A DNA stretch of 61,958 bases, the filler included, from Asterionella formosa (lineage: Eukaryota), in NCBI GenBank assembly GCA_002256025.1. It is 21 parts of 21 records of this genome, joined end to end, with 100 filler letters (N's around TTAATTAATTAA, not from the genome) between each part and the next. Parts side by side here need not be neighbours in the genome. Positions count along the whole stretch, not along the records: positions 1 to 2,866 come from NKIB01014725.1; positions 2,967 to 5,828 come from NKIB01014726.1; positions 5,929 to 8,790 come from NKIB01014727.1; positions 8,891 to 11,750 come from NKIB01014728.1; 17 more parts are not named here. One strand, written 5' to 3'. Both the position numbers and the translations under genes were made by a program. Shown here in pieces: positions 1 to 11,850 of the stretch; within the stretch, counting starts at the first letter, position 1, and every line of letters begins with the position of its first letter. The notes beneath the pieces were generated by a model. That model was not told the origin of the DNA, did no database searches, and was given only the letters and a program-made list of their open reading frames with translations.

Positions 1-1097
1 GGTGCTACCGTTCACATCTGCATGGACGTGCGCATGATGGAAGACAAGAAACAAGTGAGTGAAACGGTCGTGGTAGGGAATGGAACGATACGATGACTAT
101 ACGAAACAAGAGCGGCTTTCTGACCTGCAAAAGAGATAAAACTCGAAAACTCGAAGCAATGTATCATGTCGAAGGTAATCCGATCATCAAGCAAACGATG
201 ATGGAAATCGAGCAACTACAAGAGAACACTACACAACAATCAATCGACGACTACAACGAAAACGATTGGACGAAAGTTGAAGCAAAGAAAACGAACAAAG
301 GAAAGAACAAATGGAATAATCAAAATGGTGAGTTTGAAAATAATTATGTGATTGTTGATATTAATGAAGCGCATGCGATGCTTGGTCATGTGGGTGAGAA
401 ATGCTTGCACGATACGGCGAAATTATTTGAATGGCTGGAAGTTGAGCGGCATCATGACAGTGTGCACAGGCTGTGCGGCAGCGAAAGCGAAAGCACGAGC
501 CGTCCCAAAAACAACGCAAGAAAAATCGACAGTACCTGGAGAGAGACTGTTTATGGACATCAGCGGACCCTACGCGAAATCCGTTGTAGGTAATCACTTC
601 TGGGTCATGGTAGTGGACGACTACACAAGAAAGCCCTGGAGCTATTTCATTAAAAAGAAGAGCGATATCGGAACAGTCATTGAAGCTTTACTATTAAGTT
701 TAGCCAGAGCCGGTCACAAGACAAAGTATGTCCGTTGCGATGACGCAGGCGAGAATACTAAACAATTGAGAAAGGTATGTGAAAATCGCGGTATAAAAAT
801 GGAATTTACTGCCCCGCACACTCCACAACACAATGGTGTAGTGGAACGCGGTTTTGTCATTGTGCAACAGAGGGCAATAGCAATGATGCTAAGTGCAAAA
901 CTAACAGATGAGTACCAAGGGCTATTATGGGCAGAGGCGGTACATACAGGTACATGTTTAACAAATAGTACAGTTAACTCAGTAACTAAAAGAAGTCCCG
1001 ACGTCATGTTCTATGGCGAAATGAATCCAAGAAGGCCCTACAAGTTATACAAGCAATTTGGGCGCGTAGGCTGGGTTACTGAAAGACACGGCATTAA
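1..1097 (+). mobile_element. Ty1/copia pol fragment (GAG-pre-integrase + integrase core), frameshifted and 3'-truncated
   Basis: HHCC zinc motif is split across two frames (AHAMLGH / CTGC) by a frameshift near 428. Integrase core motifs: PGERLFMDISGP, VVDDYTR, VRCDDAGEN, FTAPHTPQHNGVVER, LWAEAV. Similarity stops after ERHGIK at TAA|GGTTGC (about 1098). Confidence 0.92.
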
Positions 1098-1270
1098 GGT
1101 TGCTGCATTTGAACCCCTAGCTCGAGGTAGGGTTTAAAAAAAAATATTCAGTCAGACTAATCAAACACATACTTTTCACATTCAAATTAAAAATGTATAA
1201 CGCTCAACGGAGCTTACACCAATACACACCCTTTCCATATGCTTAAATACAGTCTTCGGACAAAGTAGGG

Positions 1271-1470
1271 GTGTAGGTTCACTCTATATATCGTCAGTAT
1301 ATAGGATCTGGTCAGAAACTGCAGAAAGGAACTTCGGTTTTTAAACTACGCTAAAAAGACTCGAAATTTCGGGGAAAATCTGTTTATTTGGCATAGTATA
1401 AAAACCGAAGTTCCTTTCTGCAGTTTCTCGCCAGAAGTTATATACTGATGCTATTTGAAAGTTACCTATG
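1271..1470. repeat. Long imperfect inverted repeat (about 90-bp arms, about 20-nt loop)
   Basis: AGAAACTGCAGAAAGGAACTTCGGTTTTT (1314-1342) is the exact reverse complement of 1400-1428. Imperfect pairing extends out to about 1271 and 1470. Confidence 0.9.
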
Positions 1471-1604
1471 TATCTAAATCGCCGTCAGACCCAGCCAACG
1501 TTTAGCTATCGTCGTCCCAAAACTCGACAAAACTGGTCTCAACAATCAACCGTCCAGCACTGCTTGCCCGTTTGCTGTCCCTGTCTCTCAGGCCTTCTTC
1601 CACC

Positions 1605-2866
1605 ATGACGACTCCAATCGTTTCCGCTGTTTTCCATTCCCTCATCCGCTCTTGACGCCGATCGAGGGCAAACCTACAGCCTTCACTGTAACCCGCCTTC
1701 GCAAGGAACTCTTTGCCAACGCTTGCTCTGTCCACTGTACCAGTGGTGGTGATGCCAATGGTTTCCTTGGTATTGTCATGGCTGCTGCTCCTTATCTTTT
1801 ACGTGCCGGTGAACCCTTTGTACCGCCCGAACATCCCGGCATCCAGCCGCCACACAGTGCTACTGCAACACAGTCCCAAATCACTGCTGCCAACCGTCTC
1901 TTTGACACCTCCCTTGACACATTCCGCCGTTACTCCCAAATCCGTGAAATTCTCCGACAACAAATTCTAACAGCCATTGACCCAACTTACTACAACGTTC
2001 TGGAAGATTATACATTTGGATATGCAGACATCACTGTTCTGACCTTGGTTGCTCACTTAGAATCTACATATGCAACATTGAGTGCGGATGATTTAGAACT
2101 CAATCGCATGCGCTTGTTGGCCGATGCTTGGACACCAGAGGAACCTATTGAGCATTTATGGATCCGCATCAAACATCTTCGTGCCATTGCCAATTCTGGT
2201 GGGGAACTTTCTCGGACAGTACTGTCATGCGATTGACTCTTTCTGCTTTGGAACAGGCTGGTGTATATTCTCATAGCATTCAAACTTGGCGTGATCGCGC
2301 TGAGCTGGACCGTACATGGGTTAATTTTTGCCCGCATTTCATGCATGCTGATAAGGAACGATTGCGCCTTGCCACCGCCACCACTGCCGGTTATCATGGT
2401 GCCCATGCTGCCATTCAAACCAGTGGCCCTCCCCCATTGCCAGCTATTGCTGCCGCTGCTCGTGCTGTCCCTTCTGGATACACTTACAACAATGTCCAAT
2501 TAGGCTATTGTTGGACTCATGGTCTTACCAAAAACCCTGACCATACCAGTGCAACTTGCAATCATCCAGCTTCTGGCCATCAACTCAATGCCACCTTTGA
2601 TCAACGTCTGGGTGGCAGCATCCGTCTTTTCAGTGATGGTCCCCATCCTACCCGGCCACCCCGTGTTTCACCGCCACCTTCACCACTTGCTTGATGTGGA
2701 GGGGAGCAAGTTGCTGTTGATAATACTATTAACACAAACTTATCTCCCATCACTTGTCCCCCCGTCACACTCATTGCTGATTCTGGTAGTTCTGGCAATT
2801 ACGCCACTGTTGATTTACCTGTCATCAACAAACGACCTACCACCAACCCTATCACCATTCAACTTC
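1605..2866 (+). mobile_element. Ty1/copia (CoDi-like) gag + protease, degenerate; runs off the contig
   Basis: Gag motifs FPHPLLTPIEGKP..LRKELFANA..GG.NGFLGIVM and the YCWTHG..HTSATC..H knuckle, with frameshifts near 1635 and 2205. TGA at 2692-2694 is followed in frame by the protease motif LIADSGSSGNY (DSG 2779-2787). A probable LTR 3' end (..TCTCAACA) lies near 1544. Confidence 0.85.
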
Positions 2867-2966
2867 NNNNNNNNNNNNNNNNNNNNNNNNNNNNNNNNNN
2901 NNNNNNNNNNTTAATTAATTAANNNNNNNNNNNNNNNNNNNNNNNNNNNNNNNNNNNNNNNNNNNN
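2867..2966. other. Artificial contig linker (44 N + TTAATTAATTAA + 44 N), first of 20
   Basis: The same 100-nt spacer, with stops in all six frames, also starts at about 5829, 8791, 11751, 14711, 17671, 20629, 23586, 26543, 29500, 32454, 35409, 38363, 41317, 44270, 47220, 50170, 53119, 56066 and 59013. Contig lengths fall from about 2866 to 2846. Confidence 0.99.
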
Positions 2967-3200
2967 GTTGGCAAAAGCAGTCAGGATCTCGTTGGAACCC
3001 AGCAAATTGCAGTAAATTTGTTGACACAAAGATATTGACATCACGGATATTCCTGCCCATCCACTGCTTAATAAATATGCTGGCTAGCTACTACAATGGT
3101 TATTGTTCATGCAACAACTCAATTATTTGTTGTTTATAAGAGGAGAGCTAGTATTCAAATTGCAGGAACCAAAAAAGACCATTGGCTCTATATTATTATA

Positions 3201-4832
3201 TCATCTACCTGGTGGCGAGTCACCAATTTCATAGTCAGTTCGGTTAGCATTTGCATTGAGTATGTCTCGCCAATTTGTAACAGAAGGCGATGCAAATGGT
3301 GTAGCAGGAAAGAAAGGTGTTCCTGCTGTGGAATCAATGTCACAATCAGCACCAGACATAGCTGGTATTTGTACTGCCCTTGCTGCATCATTGGCACAGG
3401 TTGATGGTTCCTCAGTAGTTGGAAACAGATACATAAAGGACTTATACGCCAACAATGACCAAAACACAAACCACAAAATGGGAATTGATAGCAACACAAG
3501 AATTGGAACTGTGCATGGAATCAATAGAAGCCGACAAAGTGCCAAAATTGAAGATTCGACTGAATGAAGTCGTGTGTCAAATATTCGATGTCGGCAAAAG
3601 CCTCTGTTATCCACAGGGAACGATTGGTGACGCGAAAAGTGGCTCAGCAGCCGATCCTTTTCAGCCCATTGTTTGTCGAGCCATGACGCATCTTGCAACA
3701 CTTCCTCCATACTAAATCGTTTGATTCGAATGTGAATTTCAGATGGCATTTTTCTTCTCAAAATCTTCCATAGAGTCGAAACATTCAAGCGAAAAGATGG
3801 TTGGATGGATCCATCATAACCTTTGTACGCCATGGTAATATCATAAACAACTGGGCTTGACGCTCGGAGGCCTTCAAGCGACGCATAGAATCCTGTAGTT
3901 CTTGCCATGAGCAGGTGCTTTAATTGAGTTCTCCCTTCTCGCTTGGCAAATTCATTAGACTTGGCCATGAGGGAAACCCGATCCATGTAAGATCCATCAT
4001 GGAGTGACCAGCCTTCGGGAAAAAGCAAGAGATGGACAGGGGCGTCCGCGGCATTGTTGGCAGCGAATTCTCTGAGCAACTGAAAGAGATCCTCCCGCTC
4101 ACTAATGTAATCCTTGTTGTTTTCGCCACTCAATAAGGGAAACTCTAGTAAAATATGCAATAATCTTCCTGCTAATGATACAAGGGACGATGCCTTACGG
4201 GCACTCCCATTCGCACTCGAAAGCGAACTGGGTCGATGAAAGGTCACTGACTTGGATTCTGCGGGTAAGACAGGAACGACAACACCATCCATAGAGCTAA
4301 TATTTCTCTTGTGTAGTTCAATGACTTCGTTTCGAAGAAACGCCTTTAGTGATCCTCGTAATCCGACACACCGTCCTAGCATGAGAATCGGCCACCAATC
4401 CCCGTCCATCAAGTGGTTGGCAATCAAGACACTGGTCCCTACAGGACTAGGAACATCTGAATCTCCCGTGAGGCACAAGCGCGTATTGGGAAGCAACAAT
4501 GCCATTGCGTCTAGGAAAGAAGCGCATCCAATCTGATCAGCCAATCGGCGATATACGCTTTTGGAAAAGGGTCTGACCATGACGTACATGACGGAGAGAA
4601 CGATGGCCAAGCCAGAGACACAGCCAATGGCTGCCAGAGCCGCTACAGAACCCAAAATATATCCAAAAGGGCTCTCTTCTTCTTCTGGAATGGGATCTAC
4701 CAGAGATGGAAACTGAGGATAAGATCGACTGCTCATTTGTGGCCGCCGAAGATTATCCAAGGAGGGATGTCGAGGGTGATGCATTCCGTCCCGTCCATTC
4801 GTGCTTCTATTGTTCATTCTACCTTCGAGCAT
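3201..4832 (-). CDS. Lysophospholipid/1-acyl-glycerol-3-phosphate acyltransferase (PlsC/LCLAT1-like)
   Basis: Intronless ORF with the NHxxxxD motif (LIANHLMDGDW), FPEG (LLLFPEGW), RTTGF and YDITMAY, plus N- and C-terminal hydrophobic helices. Start taken as ATG 4832; 4817 is an alternative. Confidence 0.88.
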   Translation of the reverse strand: MLEGRMNNRSTNGRDGMHHPRHPSLDNLRRPQMSSRSYPQFPSLVDPIPEEEESPFGYILGSVAALAAIGCVSGLAIVLSVMYVMVRPFSKSVYRRLADQIGCASFLDAMALLLPNTRLCLTGDSDVPSPVGTSVLIANHLMDGDWWPILMLGRCVGLRGSLKAFLRNEVIELHKRNISSMDGVVVPVLPAESKSVTFHRPSSLSSANGSARKASSLVSLAGRLLHILLEFPLLSGENNKDYISEREDLFQLLREFAANNAADAPVHLLLFPEGWSLHDGSYMDRVSLMAKSNEFAKREGRTQLKHLLMARTTGFYASLEGLRASSPVVYDITMAYKGYDGSIQPSFRLNVSTLWKILRRKMPSEIHIRIKRFSMEEVLQDASWLDKQWAEKDRLLSHFSRHQSFPVDNRGFCRHRIFDTRLHSVESSILALCRLLLIPCTVPILVLLSIPILWFVFWSLLAYKSFMYLFPTTEEPSTCANDAARAVQIPAMSGADCDIDSTAGTPFFPATPFASPSVTNWRDILNANANRTDYEIGDSPPGR

Positions 4833-5928
4833 AAATAGTATCTGGTGCAATATACTTTAGAAGCTCACCCCAGCTCAACAGTTCAGAAATGTACATGTAT
4901 GCAATGAACCCGAGCTATATGCGAACCTGCAAGAGTTGTTTTACATGCAAGAAAGAAGACCACTCATATAATTGATTTCTTTTCAGTTTGTATGTACCAG
5001 TATTGTTAATAGCTCATTTGTGTATATTACGAACTCTGTACACAATCATGATGTGTCTCCCTGTATTTGTATGAATATATAAGAACCACACTGGAGTACG
5101 ATAATATACATTTACATCCCAACTGATGTGTATTTTATGCTGTTCATAGGTCAATTTTCCCGATGTGGAGACGAATTATGACATTTTGAATTGGTGACGC
5201 GCTGAATTTTATTTAATCCCTAAATCTACCGGTATCATTCTTTCTTTCTGTTCTACACACATAATCGTTAGTAGTGTACCATGCAAGTAACATGTGTGGT
5301 ACCTGGTACTAGGTACCGCCCAGGTGAGCGATCCCAGGTATCAATACAGACATCTATAGGGTTAGGGATATACCTTATATATCAGAACTCAATATTGAGA
5401 GAACTTGACTAACAAAAACCTATTGTATACTTTGGTGTCAGTTAACAAGCGAACAAGTTGTACATCAAGATTAACTAATAAGCTCATACCAAATCAGAGT
5501 TTTCAACATCCATGTCAATGGATGATGCTTCGCTACCTATCTAACCCTGTGCCTGTTCCACTTACTTGCATATTAAATGCATGGGGTCATAATACTCATC
5601 CATCCAGTTGGGTTATCATGCCATGTGCCAATCCAATCGAGAATATGTCTGCTCAGGAAATTCCATTGGTCACGAACGCTCCTGCCAGTCAGCTTGTGGC
5701 TTTTGTCCCTACTACACAACAGCAGAATACTGATCGCCATCACAGAGGTACTATGTGCAATAATAGCAATGCTATTCATAATGACCTATTGATTATATCT
5801 CACGTCAGTCATCACCTGGATGATATTGNNNNNNNNNNNNNNNNNNNNNNNNNNNNNNNNNNNNNNNNNNNNTTAATTAATTAANNNNNNNNNNNNNNNN
5901 NNNNNNNNNNNNNNNNNNNNNNNNNNNN

Positions 5929-6961
5929 GCATTATTGCACGAAGTTGCAACATGAATGCATCACACACTGGCTTCCTTCTTGTCCTTGAAATGACTTGCT
6001 TCTTCATTGACCTGCAGAGATTTTCATAACAACAGTGTGTCAGTAATGTATATGATAGAACTAGCAACAGCAGAAAGCAACACACAGTTCATTCCGGACC
6101 TCATTGTCCCTGCCTGTTGTCAACAACAATGCGTGAGCTGACAAGCCATACTAGCATTTAGGTACACAACAAGAACACACTCACCATTCAACTGTATTGC
6201 AGAGTTCTTTTATTTGAGTCGAGGATTCAATTGACATTGCAGCAACCTATGCAGTTACAGAAACAATGAGAAGGAATGATTTGTTAGCAAGTAGTCATAT
6301 TACATTGAAACAACGACACGCAATTCCATCGTATCCTCTTGCTTCACTTACCACAAATCAATGCAACTGATGCATAAGTCTGTAATAGTAACTTGTCAGT
6401 AAATTCTTGAATAAGTAAGTTTCGGGTATCCAATGTTGTTGAATAAAACTTATTCAATTATTTAGACCGTTCAAATGCCGCAAGGGTTTTGGTAGCAAAT
6501 TGTTTAAGCCCCTTTTTTGGGCGGGAGCTCTTCATGTGTACCGGGACATCATATGACAATAACAATGTATCATATATATATACAGGGTACCAGTAGCAGG
6601 TAGTAACTGATATACTGGGGGTAGTCGGAGTAGTAAACTAGCAACAGAACACCATATGTTCAGGACTGTTGCTACTGCAGTGGGACAGTAAATCATCATA
6701 GTTTTAGGATCATATAATCGTAAAACTAAAAATCAATATAACACGAAATGTCTATGACTGCTGCTATTGCGGCGGGACAGTAAATCATCATAATTTTAGG
6801 ATCGTATGATCGTAAAACTAAAAACCAATAGAACACCATATATTCAGGACTGTTGCTACTACCGTGGGACAGTAAATCATCATAGCTCTAGGATTGTATG
6901 ATCGTAAAACAAAAAACCAATAGTCGGAGTAATAAGCGAGCAACAGAACACCATATGTTCT
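5929..6961. repeat. Dispersed non-coding repeat family B with about 90-bp tandem subrepeats (6647-6961)
   Basis: Aligns with 41417-43050, 33785-35140 and, in reverse, 35800-36997. Subrepeat core: GAACACCATATGTTCAGGACTGTTGCTACTGCAGTGGGACAGTAAATCATCATAG. Confidence 0.9.
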
Positions 6962-7743
6962 GGCATACCTACCCGGTAGTTATCATAATATTGCTTTTAT
7001 GAATTTAACTGGCGTGATAATGAGCCAGGCAGACGAGTTACTACTGGTACCAGGTAGTACGTCTATATCTTTTATCGGCACCTTTAAGTAGCACCTACGG
7101 TTATGGTGGTACTATGTTTTTCCCTATTATTTTCTGTCGCAGCTCTGTAGAGAGGCTGTGAAAGTCAAAGCGCTGCCCCCCGCCCCCCTCTATTACCGGT
7201 ATACCGGAAAAATTTGGTACATCACCCATTATCGTGCGTTGCAACGGCCCGCAACAGGGTGGCTGTGGTTATGGAGCAGGGGTAAAACGCCACAACATGA
7301 CGAAGTCCCAAGGATCATGAATGGGAAAAAAACTTCGCTGCATTCTGGTGGTACCATTGGACTTGGGAAACAGCGAGGAAGGTTGTATCCCGCTGTATCA
7401 AACGGTTTCGAATAAGAGGAGTTGGAACGAAGAGATGTGACAAGAACTGACCTGACACTTCTGTCCGACTTGGTCGATGGATGTCTCCCGCCTATTTGTG
7501 ACTTCCTGCGCAACAAAACTTGCCACAACGACGAATCAAACGGTTTCGAATATGAGGAGTGGTTGGAACGAAGAGACTTGTCATAAACATGACACTTCTG
7601 TCCGACTCGGTCGATGGAGCAAAAGAAACGACACCAGCGTCCGGTTATTTGCAAATGGCTGTACTTGATTAAAAACAAATAACCATTTTGTTAGTAACTA
7701 TTTATGAGTAAATAAAAATTCTTACTTCCATCTTTCCCCATAG

Positions 7744-7869
7744 GAATCAAGCAAAAACGAAACTAGTCCTGACGAGGAATACTGTGTCGTCGATCCGGAA
7801 AGTGGGGAACTCATTCGTCTCACAGTAGCCGAAAAGCAGCGTATCTTTCTGGACGCGCTTCAGTCCTAC
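7744..7869 (+). pseudogene. PGRL1: Isolated PGRL1-like exon fragment
   Basis: Follows a pyrimidine-rich acceptor (..TCTTTCCCCATAG, 7743). Translates as ESSKNETSPDEEYCVVDPESGELIRLTVAEKQRIFLDALQSY, which resembles the PGRL1 N-terminal conserved block (YC...E..FL.ALQS.Y). It is cut off by repeat B at 7870. Confidence 0.68.
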
Positions 7870-8426
7870 CGCTAATCAGGTTTGAGGCAACGGACAGTGG
7901 TTCCAACGAGCGAATGACGATACCATGAGTACCAATTTTTCCAGTGGCAAACCACAATGATGAAGGACACTTGTCCCTCTATTGATGATGGCATGGACAC
8001 CCACTTTTCCAGGAGCAGACAACAATGAAGAGAGCCACGTGTCGCTCTATTGATGGTAACAAAGATGCGGACAAGTTCAACAGTGAATACAAGAACAACA
8101 TACCATTGAAAACCAGTCGACAGTGTGTGCACGCACACGGCAAGCAAGTTTGAGGCAACGGACCATTCCAACAAGCAAATGACGATACAGATATCAAATT
8201 CTTCCTACGAGCAAACAACAGTGAAAAGAGCCACTTGCTTTCGCTCTCTTAATGGTATCAAAGATGTGGACAAGTTCAATAGTTAATTCAAGTACAGTAT
8301 GCCAAATGCAGAAACGAGCGAGCGATATGAAAATGAAATGCGTTCTAATCAGAATCATTCTATAACTATAGCTATGTGGACAGTAGTCTGTTACGCACAT
8401 TTTCGTATCTCCTTCTATGCTGAATC
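7870..8426. repeat. Repeat family B, distal segment
   Basis: Near-identical to 43717-44267; its start also matches 61768-61820. Confidence 0.9.
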
Positions 8427-8890
8427 TCAATAGTAGATGTAGTATCATGTGAGAATTGAAAATGTCAAGGAGAACAAGTAGAATGTGTTTGTTTACGGGT
8501 TGATTGGCGAGATTGTCATGCTGAAGTGGACGAAACGGATATACTTTGTGCGCTGTGTGCGGAAACATTACGAGTTCGAATGGTTTCTTCTCTCCTGTAA
8601 ACTCTTAATTGAATGATTATGAACGGGTTGCCTACCACTGGCTAGTAGTACATTTACCTAGTACCGGTAATAACCTACATAACATGAAAACTGGGAAGAG
8701 GGAGCTTTTTTACCGGTAAGTGTGAGTTCTTCATGTGATGTGTACAACCGTAAAACTTTGATCTCAGATGGATGACATTAGACACCACAANNNNNNNNNN
8801 NNNNNNNNNNNNNNNNNNNNNNNNNNNNNNNNNNTTAATTAATTAANNNNNNNNNNNNNNNNNNNNNNNNNNNNNNNNNNNNNNNNNNNN

Positions 8891-10015
8891 ATATTTTGTT
8901 TATTTCCTATCTTCACCTCGAAAATTGCCAAAGGTCTGATATTGCCCATCATTAAAATAAATTTTGCATATTTCATATGTTCGCATTTTGGCAAGACAAC
9001 AGACGCCAATTGCCCCTTGGTTTTCCAGCCCTGGGATTGCCGAAATCGGCAAGGGGTCTCCTTAAGTGAACCATTTTATATACTAAACAGATTCTAATAA
9101 TTTATATCTAGAATTCACCTCGTTTTCGTTTGTCTCCTGAAAAGTGGACTCCGGCAATTCACCTTTCACCATGCCAATTGTCGTCCATCATGACCGGTTT
9201 GAAGCGAAATCAGTTCCGCGATGACGCCAGTAGCGATTCTTTGCCTAACGGATGCGGTTGATTGTTGGATTGCTTGTCTTCTCGAGGCATTCATGTAGTC
9301 GCATCGTCCATTTTTCGTCGGACAAACGATGATATTGATACATCTGATGTTGGTGGCAAGTTTTTGCTGCGGTCATGTATGTAATGATGCTTAATGGATA
9401 TTCTACCGGTACCGGCAGTTGGCAGTCATCTAGTCTACATACGTACGTGGTACTAAAAACAACCATGCATGGTTTAAGCTATGCTTTAACGCTTACTTTG
9501 AACACGTTATAATATTATCTCTGCAGTCTCGGTATTATTTTTACAAGACCTGAAATGTTGAATTATATCATTCTCATATTCATTGATTTTAAGTACAGTA
9601 TGCCCTATTTCGTCCTCACAAATATAGTTCTCACTCTATCTTACCTGCCTTTGCTCTATTCGGGCTTGCAATAGGCAACGTTCGTCTTTCTTTGATCCCA
9701 TCATCTGCTGCTTGTTATGCTAGTTAAAGCAGATGAGTGAGTACAACAGTGAAACACTGAATGTGGATTGTAGATCGTATTTATTGACTTTCTGATTTGA
9801 TTGGTTCCATGGTTTGTTTTGATCGCTTCCATCGTTGTTTGTTGTTCCGCACTGTCGTTTTGTTTCGATTGTATATATCTACATAACAAGAACCAATGCA
9901 TTTATCAATGACTACTCGTTGAAGATGTGGTATTGTGCCGTTGTTGATCGTATTTGTTGATTTGTATAGTCAGTGACAATGATGTCAATATTGCCGCCAA
10001 GCAATGCTTTTCTGG
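8891..10015. mobile_element. Internal part of non-autonomous TIR element family A
   Basis: Aligns with 53337-54460 and 46677-47219; reverse copy at about 31335-32453. Confidence 0.85.
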
Positions 10016-10681
10016 TACCAGTACCCACACAAAAGTAGACTCGAACATGAATATGCACATACCGGTATGAATATCTATCATGTCTTCTAAGCTATAGATT
10101 GCTACAGCAGCTATGTACACATACCCATGTACGACTGTCCTACTCATGCAACACGCTTTCAGATTGAGCGGTTGTTGATGTTTGCAGCCAGGGAGTTGAC
10201 GGAAACTCCGAAGTACGAAAAGTCACGTACAAAAACGGTGTTTTATCTAAAATCGACCTCGCATCACGTTTTCCCAAAAAACCGTAAAAGAACGCGAAGT
10301 TCGCAAACGACTGCAGATGAACGTCGTATATCCGGGTTTTCTCGTTCTTTTTCGAGCTTTGCGTTCTTTTGCGGTCATTTCGTTCGATCTCCGTCATTGT
10401 GTTAAATATTTGTCATTAAAATCCACTGGTCAAATGGATTATGACTGCTTTTTTGAAACCAAGAACGATGCATTGAGCATGGTGTGACAACGAGTGTCAA
10501 TAATAATATGTACCAGTAATGTGTATTACCGGTATATTTTATTCCTTGAACATAATTCCGTGCTATATAGGTGTTAAATTCCTTACACCAGTAGCAGTAC
10601 ACTTTTGTACACGCTGTATGCTATAGTCTTTCTCTTATACAAGTCAAATGTAGACAGCAACATTTTGCTTCCTTATTTTAT

Positions 10682-11093
10682 TGTGAGCTTATAAAACTAG
10701 AAATCGATTTACAATCGATTCAACTCCACTTATTTCAGATCAGTTGGATCTTGGATCTTGGATCTTTTGTCCAAACTTTCATACAGATAACCAAGTAATG
10801 ATAATGATCTGTTCCTGATCATTCAATCATTCTTTTACTTCATAACACATATAGAATATTGTTTTACTTACATTGTCGGCAGCTCCAATGGCGACGACAT
10901 GCCTGTGAATAGTTCATTACATAGAACATTTAACTTTCCAAATATTCCATCCCATCTTATTAATTGTATGTTCGTCTTCATTAACATTAGTTCAAATATT
11001 TCTCACCGGAAACAGTTTCTCTGTATAATATTGACGACATGTACATTGATGGAATGCTGTTAACCCTAACTCAAATCATCCTAGATTTTGTCA
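10682..11093 (-). repeat. Putative copia 3' LTR
   Basis: Starts TG directly after the purine tract GAGGAGAG at the RNase H end. The far end (..AGCTCACA) is tentative. Mirror copy at 30257-30668. Confidence 0.6.
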
Positions 11094-11750
11094 CTCTCCT
11101 CATTCCAGCAATCCATTGTTCCATTGAGCATTTTATGTGCATGAGAATCATGGATTTTCTGAGTTACGTTCTTTGACAGAAGGTCTGCAGGGTTTTTCAA
11201 TGTATTCACATATTGAACAAGGATATTACCATTTTCAACTTTCTCTCTGATAAAATGGTACCTGACATCAATATGTTTGGTTCTTGCACCAACTTGTTTA
11301 TTTCTTGAGAGAAAAATCGCTCCAGTATTATCCTCCAAAATTATGCTTGGCAAGACAACGTGATCGATCTCATTCAATAAGTTGGATGTAAAAGTCGTTT
11401 CTTTAGATCCATCGCTGAGACCCACGTATTCAGCTTCAGTGCTCGAAACAGTAACGATGTTCTGCCCTTTTGAAATCCAATTGATCAATGCAGTTCCACC
11501 GATTGTACCCAAGTAGGCACTAGTGCTCTTTCGTGTGTCCTTATTGTCGCCAAATGACGTGTCAACAATATCCTGTGGACGTAACTCAATTGGAGTTCTC
11601 AATTTTAATTTCCTGTTTGTGATATCCGCACGTAGATATCCCAAAAGACGTTCTACTGCCATCCAGTGTGACTTGTTGGGACTCTCCAAATTTTGAGACA
11701 ATTCTCTGCATGCATTTGCACAAACCGGAGAGACTTTCTTGACAAAGTAG
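11081..11750 (-). mobile_element. Ty1/copia RT C-terminus + RNase H
   Basis: Motifs VDTSFGD..DTRKSTS, WISKGQNIVTVSSTEAEY, EDNTGAI, RTKHIDVRYHFIRE, NPADLLSK. Confidence 0.95.
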
Positions 11751-11850
11751 NNNNNNNNNNNNNNNNNNNNNNNNNNNNNNNNNNNNNNNNNNNNTTAATT
11801 AATTAANNNNNNNNNNNNNNNNNNNNNNNNNNNNNNNNNNNNNNNNNNNN

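Noticed and set aside
2867..2966. Recurrent TTAATTAATTAA palindrome every 3 kb, and ORFs ending in X/LIN
   Set aside because: Artificial concatenation linker, not biological.
5357..5368. Telomere-like TAGGGTTAGGG
   Set aside because: Only about two units; consistent with chance.
7768..7830. Hammerhead ribozyme-like CTGACGA...GAAA core
   Set aside because: Stem I does not pair, there is an extra G before GAAA, and the region is better explained as PGRL1 coding sequence.
7921..7931. Three different fillers at one TA site in repeat B copies (7923, 43770, 61821) as independent footprints
   Set aside because: A related internal subrepeat reads GATACAGATATCAAATT, so ordinary divergence explains the variation equally well.
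9245..10602. Short ORFs recurring between contigs (also 30748-32099, 34167, 36367, 46593, 53171)
   Set aside because: They recur only because the underlying repeats are duplicated; frames are not preserved in more diverged copies.
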